The notes under the pieces: generated by a model
Databases searched by the model: none
Told to the model about the DNA's origin: nothing
What the model saw: the letters and a program-made list of their open reading frames with translations, nothing else
Translations under genes and position numbers: made by a program
NCBI GenBank assembly: GCA_951406725.2
Contig: OX597827.1
Span: 53,072,001 to 53,136,000 of the forward strand
Length of the DNA stretch: 64,000 bases
From: Octopus vulgaris
Lineage: Eukaryota
Reading direction: 5' to 3'
Shown: piece by piece, positions 38,488 through 53,268 of the stretch
Layout: every line of letters begins with the position of its first letter
Numbering within the stretch: the stretch's first letter is position 1

Positions 38488-38677
38488 GAGTCTATCGCTA
38501 TACAAATCCATCATTTTTTGCTAAAATATCGTATTGACGAGTTTCGTTTTTTTCACTTTCCCGAAGAGAAGATTGCATTGTTTATACCATTTATTCTTTT
38601 GAATAGTATCAGTGGAATTTTCGAAACATGTGTCGAAAGTAAAAATATTTGTTTACACCTGCGTTAACTCCATTTTC

Positions 38678-38729
<52 letters not shown>

Positions 38730-38735
<6 letters not shown>

Positions 38736-40712
38736 AAACAAGTCAAAAATAGAAAATGCTAAGATGATTTTATAGTGAATCTTTCAGTACCGGTTTCGGT
38801 CATTTTGAGACCTTTTCAACTGTAACGATTAAATAATTAAATTTAGAAAAATTTAGAAAAATTAGAAGAAAGGTTTTTTTAAAGGAATACTTCCATAGTA
38901 GTGTTCAGATATAGGTGGCATTCTGCCTTTCTCTGACTCCCTTGTTTGCACTTGTGTATTCGAGGTCGTTGTGAGTTCTTGAGTGGGTGGGAGTGGGAAA
39001 ATCTGGGCTGGTCAGTGGCGACCGGCAGTCGCTGCGTAGACGTTATACTTAAAGACATTAGTGACAAGGTTAAGGGGTAGAAGGTGGAGAAGTAGAAGAA
39101 GAAGAAGAAGATGACGGTGCCGATGATGATGACGATGAAGAAGAAGAAGGAGAAGGAGAAGATGACGATGATGATGGTGGTGATGACGATGACGACGATG
39201 ATGATGATAAATGATGATGAAGAAGAAGAAGAGGAAGAAGAAGAAAAAAACAGAGAAGGGAGAATATGAATGGGTGAAGATATAGCTGTGATGGGGCGAT
39301 TAGTAATGGATTCTATGGAATGTAATATTTGTGTGTGTATATATATTTCTTTTATTCTTAAGTTGAGGTATATTAATTGTTTGTCGTAGACCCGTTAAGA
39401 AGTGGCCTGTATTTTATAATAAAGAGATTTTCTTTACTTATTCGTTGTCTCGAGGTTGTATCGTCCCTAAATTGGTAGAGGGGAAAATTCTGAAGTTTGG
39501 TGTTTTTTTGTTGGCGCAAGTATCTATGTGTTGGCTAAAAGCTATTTTTCTGTTTTGGGGAATTTTTATCTGGGATCTGTGCAGGGCCATTCGTTTACGC
39601 AAACCATTTTTTGTTTGGCCTATGTACTGCTCTTGACACCCGGAGCAGGTTAGTGAGTATATTAGGTTCTCCGAAGCACATGTGAAGTTGCTTTTCACTG
39701 TAAACCGTTGTCCCTGTTTGAAGGAGAACTCAGAACCCTCGATTAGATAGTCGCATATCCCGCAATTGGGTCTTCCACATTTTTTTACTGTCGGCTTCTG
39801 TGTTGAAGAGTGAATTCGGGCTTGTGTTAGGAGACTTTTCATGGATCTAGGCTGTCTTTTGCTTTTTATGATCGTGTGTGTTTGGAGGATTGTGTTCATT
39901 CTGTGGTCTTTTTTTAGGAGGGGTATGTTGTGGAGGATGGTGCCGAAGGCTTCGTTATTGAGAGGGTTGTGTGTGGAGATGTATGGTAAAGCTTTTGGTT
40001 GTAAGTTATTCTTTGATTTGGGATGTCTCAGTTCCTTGATGTTAAGTTGAAGGGCACGTTGAATGCACTTGTCAATAAGTGAAGGTGGATAGTTCCTGGT
40101 GATAAGGGTATCTTTTAGTTCTTGTAGTCGTGTGTCTCTGGTGTTTGCGTTAGAGACTATAGTGCATATCCTTTTTGCTAGATTGAAGGGGATATTCATC
40201 CTGGTGTGTCTGGGGTGGCATGAATTGAATGGAAGATATTGCTTAGAGTCTGTAGGCTTATAGTATATGTCTGTTTCTATTATATTATTAGCTTTCTTAA
40301 TGAGGATATCGAGGAAGGGAAGTTGTTGCTGGCTATATTCCATCGTGAATTGGATGTTTACGTCCAGCCCGTTTAAAATTTCCTGGAATTCTATGAGTTT
40401 TTCTATATTTTTATGCCAAAGAATGAAACAGTCATCTAGATATCTCTTCCAGTTGTTTTCTATGTAGATGGAGAAAGGGCTGCTATATCTTTCTAGAACC
40501 TTACGATACAGACTGATCTCTAGGTATCCTATGACTAAGTTGGCAAAGGAGGGGGCCATTCGTGTACCCATCGCAGTCCCCGATTTTTGTCGGTAGAAGT
40601 TGTCATTGAAGGCGAAGAAGTTATTTTCCAGGATGAATTTAACCCCTTCTATCACGAATTCTTTTTTGATGCGGTGTGGTAGTTCGTTGGCGTGATTCTC
40701 TAGCCAGAATTG
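38730..40712 (-). mobile_element. 5'-truncated Penelope-like retroelement (RT + GIY-YIG endonuclease, 3' UTR with GAA/GAT repeats)
   Basis: GTAMGTRMAPSFANL, WKRYLDD, PFLD, SCHP, C..C..C, LIYSLTC..C..QYIGQT. Frame open from 40712 to ~39480. Confidence 0.93.
38785..38822 (-). ncRNA. Minimal type I hammerhead ribozyme motif, U3-A8 variant
   Basis: CAG-TTGAAAA-GGTC-tcaaaat-GACC-GAAA-CCGG-TA-CTG, on the Penelope sense strand downstream of the ORF. Confidence 0.7.
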
Positions 40713-40744
40713 GATATATATATATATATGTATATATGTATATA

Positions 40745-41470
40745 CATTTTTCTGTTGTAGTTTCAGGTCATAGCAGCAGCCACGCTGATTCACCGCTGTT
40801 TTCTGTTTTGCAACACTGTTATTGCTGAGAGCCTCCTCCATTATATGGCACATGATAAAGAATGGAGTTTGATGTAGCTACCCTCATTTTCACCTCCTGC
40901 CGTGAAGTAGGTTAATATAGTACTCTCGACAGGAAGATGTACAGCTTTGATTTACAAACGTCTACATCTACTTTGTTCAGGTTCCTAAGGCTCTTTGGGA
41001 GAATATTAAAAACCGGTGAGCCACTGAAACCTAGGCTGTTGCAGTAGCTGGTCCTGAGGAGCGATGGCATTGCGAGGATCTTTGGCACTATGCAGTGTCG
41101 TCCCGTTCTGGCATTGGTGTAGCTTTCAATGTCAAAATTTGGCACAGTTCCTTCCAGGATCTACCAGGTATATACTACTGCATACCTCTCTCATCTCTCT
41201 CCAGGGAGAAGAGTCGTAACTGTTTCAGCCCTTCCCAGTAGCTGAGTAGTTGCAAAGAGGCAATCTTCTTTGTGAATCTTCTCTGGAATACTTCAAGGTC
41301 TGCTGTTAATTTAACACTGGTGGGTGACCACAACGGTAAGGAGTAATCCAGGCAGCTGAGGACGAATGTCTTCCAGAGGACCATCAGAGTTTCCTTATCT
41401 CTGGTTCTGAAAGTTCTCAGGATCCATCCAGCCAATCGTCTGCAATTTGTAGCCATCCTGGTAATGTGCA
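40745..41470 (-). mobile_element. CR1-like LINE 3' fragment
   Basis: [28 protein letters not shown]. Confidence 0.85.
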
Positions 41471-41578
41471 CTTGTACATATGTATATATATATAAGGGTA
41501 TATGTATATATTTATATGTATACATATATACGTATATATATATGACTATATATGTGTATAGATATGTAAATATATACG

Positions 41579-41651
<73 letters not shown>

Positions 41652-41696
41652 ATATGTATATGTATATATATAAACATATATATGTATATATATATG

Positions 41697-41729
<33 letters not shown>

Positions 41730-41733
<4 letters not shown>

Positions 41734-41935
41734 CGCGTGTGTACCGTTGGCAATTTTTTTCTCTCCGTCGTCCCTTCTTTGGATCTTTCCTTTTCCTATG
41801 TTTCTGACGAAGAGCTCCGCTTGAAACGTTAAACCCTCCTTCTTTTCTTCTTTCCTGAGCGTCCAATAATACTATACTTGTTCCACGTCCTCGCGTTGTT
41901 GTGATTTCTCTGTGTTTTCATGTTTGGATTAACTT
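41730..41935 (+). mobile_element. Penelope-like terminal fragment with hammerhead-like motif (41804-41831)
   Basis: CTGACGA-A-GAGC-TCC-GCTT-GAAACGTTA embedded in (TA)n. Confidence 0.5.
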
Positions 41936-41975
41936 TATATATGTATGTATAAATATATTTATATATATGTATATA

Positions 41976-42050
<75 letters not shown>

Positions 42051-42232
42051 GTATATATGCATATATATATGTATATATGCATATATATATGCATAAATAT
42101 GTATATATGTATATATATATATAGGTATATGTGTATATATGTATGTATATATGTATATATAAATATATAATATATGTATATATGCAGATATAAATATATA
42201 ATATATATATATTTGTATATATATACATATAA

Positions 42233-42272
<40 letters not shown>

Positions 42273-42371
42273 AATGTATACATACATATAAAATATATGT
42301 ATATATATAATATGTATTTATATATATATATATGTAAATATGTGCATATATATGTGTATATATGTATATAC

Positions 42372-42404
<33 letters not shown>

Positions 42405-42455
42405 CATGTATATATATGTTTATATATATACGTATATGTAAATACGTTTAAATAT

Positions 42456-42489
<34 letters not shown>

Positions 42490-42725
42490 CATGTATATAT
42501 ATGTTTATATATATACGTATATGTAAATACGTTTAAATATTTATAAATGCATTTATGTATGTATATATGTATATATATAAATATATATACATATTTCTTT
42601 ACATATATGTATATATATATACTTATATATACATATATCAATATATATGCATATATATACATATATTTATATACATATATCTACATATATACACATATAT
42701 CTACATATATATACATATATCTACA

Positions 42726-42774
<49 letters not shown>

Positions 42775-42794
42775 ACATATCTATGCATATATTA

Positions 42795-45490
42795 CAACAA
42801 GCCATGTAGGCAAGTTTGAAGACTGCCTTATAAAAATAGAAGAAGTTCTAATCACATTAGAACAACACATAAGTGTACTTCTTATGGGAGACTTCAATCT
42901 ACCCAATGTCAGATGGCCCGAGGGCCTTTCTCTCCCAGGAATGACAAGATGTGAACGAGGACAGGCGAGATCCCTCCTGAACCTCATCAACACCCTGTAC
43001 ATGGAGCAAGCAATACTCCAACCAACCAGGGCAGGTAATACATTGGATCTCTGCTTCACAAATAATATGGATCTCATCCATAATGTGAAAGTGACACCGA
43101 CACTACTCTCGGATCACAACATGGTAGAGCTGACCATGTACGGGCCAAAGGAAAGCATGGACATGCAGCCTACAAGAAACCCTCAGAATCTTTCCAGCTT
43201 GAACTTCCATAAGGCAAACTGGAGACAAATTGAGAAAGAGATCCTCAAACAAAACTGGCCTGAATGTCTCTCCTCGCCAGACATCGACGTGAAACTTCAA
43301 CAATTCATGTCTGTAATGCAAGCCATATGCTACAAATGTGTCCCAGAGAGAAAGGCCACTGTACACAAGAACAAAATCTCCAGAGAGAGGAAAATTTTAA
43401 TGAGACGGCGTACAAAAATTTCAAATCGCCTAAACAAACAAATTGAAAGCAGTGAAAAGTCCCGCCTGAAAATAAAACTGTTGGAAATTGAAAAATGTCC
43501 CCAACTCTTCCATGAAAAGGAAAGAGTAGACAAAGAAGCCTGGGCTATAGACAACATAAAATCTAACCCCAGAGCTTTCTACAGGTATGCCAAAGAAACA
43601 GCTACGGTGCACTGTAGGATAGGGCCACTCCTTGAAAAGGATGGCACACTCACAGGAAAACCAATGAGGGTAAGTGAAATACTGAATGAGCAATTCAAGA
43701 GTGTTTTCACTCCACCCCTTGGGCATTTCCAAATCACCAATGCAACTAACTTCTTTACCACTGCAGATATAAAATCAGAGGCGGCGACGATAGATTACAT
43801 CGATATAAAGGAAGACGATGTAATAAAGGCTATAGATGAAATGAAAACAGACTCAGCTACTGGCCCCGATGGATTCCCGGCAATCCTCCTAAAAGTATGT
43901 AAGAGAGTCCGAGCAAGACCACTGCAGTTCCTCTTTCAGAGCTTCCTTGCAACTGGCAAACTTCCAAGAAAACTGAAGGAAGGTAAAATATGCCCTATTC
44001 ATAAAGGAGGTAGCAGAGCGGAGGCCAAGAACTACAGACCTATCTCTCTGACCTCACACATCAGCAAGGTCATGGAACGAATAGTCAGAAGGAAACTGAT
44101 CACCTTCCTTGAAGAAAATGACTTGCTGCCTGACACCCAACATGGTTTCCGACCAGGAAGAAGCTGCTTAACTCAGCTCCTACAACACTATGACTGGGTG
44201 CTGAAACGGCTGCTTAACCACTCAAATGTGGAAGTGATATATCTCGACTTTGCAAAGGCCTTTGATAAAGTCGATCATGGAATGATATGTCACAAACTGC
44301 GTGATCTTAGCATAGTTGGAAAACTGGGAGAATGGCTTCATGACTTTCTGAAGAATAGAAGTCAGGTGGTAGTAGCCAATCGTTACTTCCATTAACACGC
44401 AAATAGTGAGCGGTGTTCCGCAGAGCACTGTTTTGGGACCACTACTGTTCATAATGGCCCTCTCAGACATGCCCTCAGCCACGCAGAGAGCCACGATCAC
44501 AAGTTATGCAGATGATACAAAAGTTTCACAGGCAATACAGAACCCTGAGGACACTAAACATAATATACAATAATATACATAATAAACAAAATATACAAGT
44601 GGGCTGAAAAGAATAGCATGCAGTTCAATGCTGAAAAGTTTCAAGCTTTATGCTATTAGCATGCAAAACTAAATGCAATACCCAATGAATACACTGGACC
44701 GGGAGGAATTGCAATCCCAGAGGCACAATCAGTGCGTGACCTGGGTATTTACATGAGTGATGACGCAACCTTTCGTGTACATGTTGCTAAATTGGCAATG
44801 AAATGTAGACGACTGGCCGGATGGATTCTTAGAACCTTTAGAACAAGAGAACAAGAAACCATGATGGTCCTCTGGAGAACACTTGTCCTAAGCCACTTTG
44901 ATTATTGCTCTCAGCTATGGTCACCATCCAGTGTCAAGTTGATCACAGAACTTGAGGCGATCCAACGTAGCTACACGAAGATAGCCTCTGTGCAGAATAT
45001 AAGCTATTGGGAAAGACTCAAGAGATTAAAACTCTATTCCTTGGAGCGTAGGCGAGAAAGATATGCCATAATATACATCTGGAAGATCCTGGAAGGACTT
45101 GTCCCAAACTTTGGCATCGAGAGTTACCCAAATGCCAGAACTGGGCGAACCAAAGACTCCAAAATTTGCCATCTAGATGTAGGACAAGATACTGTGATAG
45201 CCTGGGCTTCCGAGGCCCACAGCTCTTCAATATCCTCCCGAAGAACCTAAGAGACATGCATGGGGTGGATGCAGATGTCTTTAAAATGAAACTGGATCTC
45301 TTCTTCTCAGGTATCCCAGATGAACCAACTTCACGGCAAGAGGTGCAGATGAGGGCAGCTGCATCGAACTCTCTCATGCACCAAATGGCAGTTGCTAAAA
45401 AGCATTCGTGAAGTAAAACCATGTAGCAACACCAAATGGCGGTGCCCCAGCATGGCCACAGCTCGTGAGCTGAAACTAGAATCAATCAAA
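42795..45490 (+). mobile_element. 5'-truncated CR1-like LINE (APE C-terminus + RT), disrupted
   Basis: [45 protein letters not shown]; deletions and frameshifts after 44380. Confidence 0.92.
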
Positions 45491-45525
<35 letters not shown>

Positions 45526-45554
45526 TATCTACATATATATATATACATATATGT

Positions 45555-45740
45555 GCAGGTGGCACGTAAAAAGCACCCACTACACTCACGGAGTGGTTGG
45601 CGTCAGGAAGGGCATCCAGCTGTAGAAACATTGCCAGATAAGACTGGAGCCTGGTGCAGCCTTCTGGCTTCCCAGATCCCCGGTCGAACCGTCCAACCCA
45701 TGCTAGCATGGAGAACGGACGTTAAACGATGATGATGATG
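45555..45740 (+). mobile_element. SINE 3' part, (GAT)n tail
   Basis: Near-identical reverse complement of 585-750. Confidence 0.8.
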
Positions 45741-45881
45741 ACATATATCTACATATATATACATATATATACATATATCTACATATATATACATGTATCT
45801 AGCTATATCTCCATATATCTACATATATATACATATATTTACATATATATACATATATATACATATATACATATATCTACA

Positions 45882-45917
<36 letters not shown>

Positions 45918-46176
45918 TATATGTACATATATCTACATATATATACATATATCTACATATATATGCATATATTTAGACATATCTACATATATATACATAT
46001 ATATATACATATATCTACATATATTTACATATATACACATATATATACATATATATATCTATATATGTATCTACCTATACCTACATATATCTACATATAT
46101 ATACATATATCTACATATATCAACGTATATATATACATATATGTACATATATATGCATATATCTACATATAACTGC

Positions 46177-46207
<31 letters not shown>

Positions 46208-46209
<2 letters not shown>

Positions 46210-46497
46210 ACAAAATATTAAGGAATGACCCTGAGAGGTCGTTCAACTCACTTGAAAAGAGCAGCCAAACTCAAACCGCAAAAATAGTAGTAATTCTGAA
46301 AGCTAAAGGAGAAATAAAAACATTTATCCCTTTCAACTTTGTACCCTGCAAGGTTTCAACAATTTTTACGCAATCGAACTTAATTAAATTAAATTAAATC
46401 CGTTTACGATTGGCTTGTTTCATCAGCAAAGTCAGTTTGGCTGCTCTTTTCAAGTGAGTTGAACGACCTCTCAGGGTCATTCCTTAATATTTTGTTG
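46208..46497. repeat. Perfect 64-bp inverted repeat with 162-bp spacer
   Basis: 46208-46271 is the exact reverse complement of 46434-46497. Confidence 0.9.
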
Positions 46498-46785
46498 AAT
46501 ATATTATATAGTCTGTGACTATTTCTATTTTCTCACTTGACCGCTGGTTGCAGAAAATTTTTCTTGAATGTTTCTTGAATTTTTTTGCTACCCTATATTG
46601 ATAAATTAATAATTTTTGACTAATTCTGAAATTGTATCAGCAGTTTATATTTGCTGCTGAGTAGTTGGCGCAGTTACGTTGGATTTCGAAAAATTAGGAT
46701 ATATACACTCGAATTCTTGAATTTTTCTTGAATTTTTTTGCTACCCTATATTGATAAATATATATATATATATATATATATATTG

Positions 46786-46836
<51 letters not shown>

Positions 46837-46847
46837 TATATAGAAGG

Positions 46848-46898
46848 AGCTTCTACAGGACTAGAACTGTTTCATTCAAGAGAAATCTTCAGGAAGCT
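46848..46898 (-). ncRNA. Type I hammerhead ribozyme motif, copy 1 of 4
   Basis: AGCTTC-CTGAAGA-TTTC-tctt-GAAT-GAAA-CAG-ttctagtc-CTG-TA-GAAGCT. Confidence 0.7.
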
Positions 46899-47050
46899 AG
46901 TTAACAAGAATTGTATTGGCATTTATACATTTAGGCAGGTTTAAAGGGGTGTTGGTGGGGGACTTTTTGGGGGTAGGCATAGCACAAAATATCATACTTG
47001 GGGGAGTGGTCAAGGAGTCAGTGTTAAATTAGATAGAAGAATAAATAAAA

Positions 47051-47080
<30 letters not shown>

Positions 47081-47082
<2 letters not shown>

Positions 47083-47276
47083 CTACTTAGAGAATATTTT
47101 CCCTCAGACATTGTTTACTCAAAAAAATAATGGTCCTTTTACATACTGAATACTTGGTGAAATTGATTAATAACTAATTAACTTTACCCTCAATTGTTGA
47201 TATATGTATGTGTGTGTATATATATGTGTGTGTGTATATATATGTACATGTATGTATATGTATGTATGTATGTATG

Positions 47277-47316
<40 letters not shown>

Positions 47317-47317
47317 G

Positions 47318-47369
<52 letters not shown>

Positions 47370-47731
47370 ATTTGTGTATTATATATGTATATATTTATAT
47401 ATATATATATGTATATGTATGTGTGTGTGTGTATGTGTATATATGTGTATATATATGAGTGTACGCGAGTATGTAGATGTATATGTAGGTATGTAGAGTT
47501 ATGTGTATGTGCATGTATGTGAGTGTAGATACAAATTGTAGATGTGTATATATATGTATGTGTATATATACATGTATATAGGTATATGTATGTGTGTGTA
47601 TATGTATATATATATATATGCGAGTATGTAGAGATATAAGTATGTGCATGTGTATATATGTGTGTATATATATGTATAGGTATGTGTATGTGTATGTATG
47701 TATATATATATATATGTGTGTGTATGTATGC

Positions 47732-47764
<33 letters not shown>

Positions 47765-47876
47765 TGTATATGTGTATGTATATATGTGTGTAAGTGTGTG
47801 TATATATGTAAATGTAAGTGTGTGTGCTTGTATGAGTATGTATGTATGTTTGCACACAGGTATATGTGTGTGTATG

Positions 47877-47907
<31 letters not shown>

Positions 47908-48190
47908 ATATATATATGTGTATATATATATATGTGTATATGTGTGTGTGTGTATATATGTGTGTATGTGTATGTATGTATGTATATATATGCGTGTGTA
48001 TGTGTATGTGTATATGTACATATACGCGTACGCTCGTGTGTTTATGTATATGTAGGTACGTAGAGTTATCTATGTGTGTATATATTTGTACATGTGTGTA
48101 AGTATGTATATATATATATGTGTATGTGTGTGTGTGTATATATATATGTGTATATATGTATATGTATATATATGTGTATATATGTATGTA

Positions 48191-48239
<49 letters not shown>

Positions 48240-48616
48240 AAGTTTATATGTATGTATCCGTCTATATAATAGGTAACTGCACGTACATATACTTAATATT
48301 TATTATTTATTTTTTGAGTATGCATGTATGAATAACTGCGTGTATATATATTTTACTATTTACTTATTTTTTGAGTATGCATGTAAGTATGAATATAAGG
48401 AGGTGCGTGTGTGTGTGTGTATGTGTAAGCATAGATATATGTATACTTTTACGCATGTGTGTACTTATGTGTATATATGGATGCGCGCGCGCGCGTGTGT
48501 GTGTGTGTATGGGTACGCATGTACATGTGTATGTGCGTGTATGTGTATATGAGTATGTATGTATGTGTGTGCGTATATTTGTATATGTATGTATGTATAT
48601 GTATGTGTGTGTATGA

Positions 48617-48679
<63 letters not shown>

Positions 48680-48888
48680 TATATATGCGCGTATATATAT
48701 GTATGTATGTGGGTGTGTGTATGTGTATAAATGTATGTATGTATGGATGTATGTATGTATGTATATGTATGTATGTGTATGTGTGTATATGTATGTATGT
48801 GTATGTGTGTATATATGTGTATATGTGTGTATATGTGTATATATGTGTATGTATGTATATGTATGTATGTATGTGTATATATATGTGA

Positions 48889-48923
<35 letters not shown>

Positions 48924-49340
48924 CATGTATGTATTTGTATGTAGGTGTACGTGTATGTGTGTGTATTTATATTTATTGGTGTATATGTATAGACTAGCCT
49001 TCTAAGAGTGTAGACATGAATCTGTAGGTAGGTACGTATGTGTATATACGTGAATGTATGTAGATGTATGTATGTATGAATATAACGCGTGCGTGCGTGT
49101 ATGTGTATGAGTGTACGAATGAGTGAGTGTACGTGCTAAAGAGTGTGCGTGAGTGAATGAGTGCTTGTTTTCCAGTAGACAGATAAATGGACTGGCTGTC
49201 ATAGCCAAGATGTTTGTGACCAAGCGGCCAAAGATAACAAAAGTAATAAACGAAGATAATAAAATTAAAATTAGGAATGGGTCTGTATTTGTATGTGTAT
49301 ATATATATATGTGTGTATGTGTAGGTATGCATAGGTACAC

Positions 49341-49375
<35 letters not shown>
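47081..49375 (+). repeat. Left arm (B) of ~2.3-kb inverted repeat made of cryptic microsatellite plus unique anchors
   Basis: Anchors 47083-47200, 48240-48400 and 48980-49300 match reverse complements at 52360-52484, 51170-51340 and 50240-50560. Confidence 0.85.
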
Positions 49376-49381
<6 letters not shown>

Positions 49382-49471
49382 GGTCCCGGGTTTATTCGGG
49401 GGGGGGCGTTAACCACAGTAAATAAGGTACTCAATACATAGCAGAGTAAAATTAATTTATTATATAGAAGG

Positions 49472-49522
49472 AGCTTCTACAGGACTAGAACTGTTTCATT
49501 CAAGAGAAATCTTCAGGAAGCT
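49472..49522 (-). ncRNA. Type I hammerhead motif, copy 2 of 4
   Basis: Identical to 46848-46898. Confidence 0.7.
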
Positions 49523-49716
49523 AGTTAACAAGAATTGTATTGGCATTTATACATTTAGGCAGGTTTAAAGGGGTGTTGGTGGGGGACTTTTGGGGGGTAG
49601 GCATAGCACAAAATATCATACTTGGGGGAGTGGTCAAGGAGTCAGTGTTAAATTAGATAGAAGAATAAATAAAAAAAATAAAAAAATAAAAAAATATATA
49701 AAAAAATATATAAAAA

Positions 49717-49748
<32 letters not shown>

Positions 49749-50151
49749 AAAAGGGAATAGAGTTTTAGGTAAATAAGGATATTCTCACTTATACCTATGC
49801 ACATATGTATACATATATACACACACATACAAACATATATACATATACATACACACATACGTACACACACACATATATACATATATATATACACTTACAC
49901 ATACATATACATATCTACACATACACATATATGTATACATACACACACTCAAATGCATACACGTATACACACATGTATATATACACACACGACCACACAT
50001 ACATATACACACAGAAAAATATATATACACATACACACACAAACTCACATACACACATACACACACATATCCACACACACACATGCACACACAGCACACT
50101 AGTCCCTATATACACATATATACACATACACACACATATACGCACACATAC

Positions 50152-50169
<18 letters not shown>

Positions 50170-50193
<24 letters not shown>

Positions 50194-50601
50194 GTGTACC
50201 TATGCATACCTACACATACACATACATACATATATATACACATACAAATACAGACCCATTCCCTAATTTTAATTTTATTATCTTCATTTATTACTTTTGT
50301 TATCTTTGATCGCTGGTCACAAACATTTTGGCTATGACAGCCAGTCCATTTATCTGTCTACTGGAAAACAAGCACTCATTTACTCACGCACACTCTTTAG
50401 CACGTACACTCACTCATTCGTACACTCATACACATACACGCACGCGTTATATTCATACATACATACATCTACATACATTCACGTATATACACATACGTAC
50501 GCGTACCTACAGATTCATGTCTACACTCTTAGAAGGCTAGTCTATACATATACACCAATAAATATAAATACACACACATACATATACACCTACATACAAA
50601 T

Positions 50602-50632
<31 letters not shown>

Positions 50633-50649
50633 CACATATTCACATATAT

Positions 50650-50731
<82 letters not shown>

Positions 50732-50917
50732 ACATACATACATATACACACATACACATACATACGTATACATACATACATACATCCATACATCCATACA
50801 TACATACATTTATACACATACACACACCCACACGTATACATATACGTACATATATATACGCATGCATACACATACAAATACATACACATACGCATATACA
50901 TATACATACATACATAT

Positions 50918-50970
<53 letters not shown>

Positions 50971-51336
50971 CACACACATACATATACATACATACATATA
51001 CAAATATACGCACACACATACATACATACTCATATACACGTACACGCACATACACATGTACATGCGTACCCATACACACGCACACACACGCGCATCCATA
51101 TATACACATAAGTACACACATGCGTAAAAGTATACATATATCTATGCTTACACATACACACACACACACGTGCTTCCTTATATTCATACTTACATGCATA
51201 CTCAAAAAATAAGTAAATAGTAAAATATATATACGCGCAGTTATTCATACATGCATACTCAAAAAATAAATAATAAATATTAAGTCTATGTACGTGCAGT
51301 TACCTATTATATAGACGGATACATACATATAAACTT

Positions 51337-51389
<53 letters not shown>

Positions 51390-51396
51390 TACACAC

Positions 51397-51427
<31 letters not shown>

Positions 51428-51606
51428 CACACACATATATACACACATATATATATATACATACTTACACACATGTACAAATACATACACACATAGATAA
51501 CTCTACGTACCTACATATACATAAACACACGAGCGTACATGTATATGTACATATACACATACACATACACACGCATATATATACATACATACATACACAT
51601 ACACAC

Positions 51607-51703
<97 letters not shown>

Positions 51704-51931
51704 TATACATGTGTGGAAACATACATACATACTCATACACGCACACACACTTACATATACATATATACACACACTTACACACATATATATACATACACAT
51801 ATACATACATACATACATATATGCATACTTACACACACACATATATATATACATACATACACATATACATACCTATACATATATATACACACATATATAC
51901 ACATGCACATACTTATATCTCTACATACTCT

Positions 51932-51981
<50 letters not shown>

Positions 51982-52216
51982 TACATATACCTATATACAT
52001 GTATATATACACACACATACATATACACATCTACAATTTGTATCTACACTCACATACATGCACATACACATAACTCTACATACCTACATATACATCGACA
52101 TACTCGCGTACACTCATATATATACACATATATACATATACACACACACATACATATACATATACATATACATATATATATATATATATATATAAATATA
52201 TACACAATACACATAT

Positions 52217-52287
<71 letters not shown>

Positions 52288-52484
52288 CATATACATACAT
52301 ACATACACATATACATACATGTACATATACATATACATACACATATATACACACACATACATATATCAACAATTGAGGGTAAGGTTAATTAGTTATTAAT
52401 CAATTTCACCAAGTATTCAGTATGTAAAAGGACCATTATGTTTTTGAGTAGATAATGTCCGAGGGAAAATATTCTCTAAGTAGT
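50170..52484 (-). repeat. Right arm (B') of the ~2.3-kb inverted repeat
   Basis: Collinear reverse complement of 47081-49375 with scattered substitutions and different tract lengths. Confidence 0.85.
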
Positions 52485-52881
52485 GGAAGAGGCTAAAAAA
52501 CTTTTTTGGCTGCTATTTCTAGAAAGTTCAGTATGTGGCAAAGTAATTTATTTTACTAAGCCCTAATTATATATTTTATACATACATACACATACATACA
52601 CACATACATATACACATACATATATACATATATACAAATATACATATATACATATATACATATTTTTATATATATTTTTATATATTTTTTTATATATTTT
52701 TTTATTTTTTTATTTTTTTTATATATTTTTTTTATTTATTCTTCTATCTAATTTAACACTGACTCCTTGACCACTCCCCCAAGTATGATATTTTGCGCTA
52801 TGCCTACCCCCAAAAAGTCCCCCACCAACACCCCTTTAAACCTGCCTAAATGTATAAATGCCAATACAATTCTTGTTAACT

Positions 52882-52932
52882 AGCTTCCTGAAGATTTCTC
52901 TTGAATGAAACAGTTCTAGTCCTGTAGAAGCT
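52882..52932 (+). ncRNA. Type I hammerhead motif, copy 3 of 4
   Basis: Identical motif on the + strand. Confidence 0.7.
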
Positions 52933-53228
52933 CCTTCTATATAATAAATATATATATATATATATAATAAATATAAGAGAGTGGTCACTATATTAATCAC
53001 TCTAGCACCAGTTAATCCAAAGGTTTCAACCACGAAGATACATGTTTCCCAGAAAGCCAGTACGACTGTTAGCTCACACGGACAGGGCAAATAAAAAATA
53101 ACAAAAATACAGATTATTTTGGGACAATTGTTCGCTATTAATGAATTAAATGTAACATTACTTACAATAATCCATTTGTAGCTCTTCAGCCAAGACTATC
53201 TGGATATATATATATATATATATATATG

Positions 53229-53268
<40 letters not shown>

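Noticed and set aside
38485-38675. Hammerheads in the 190-bp unit shared with 54363-54550
   Set aside because: GAAAC words are present in both orientations but no convincing CUGANGA core or stem II.
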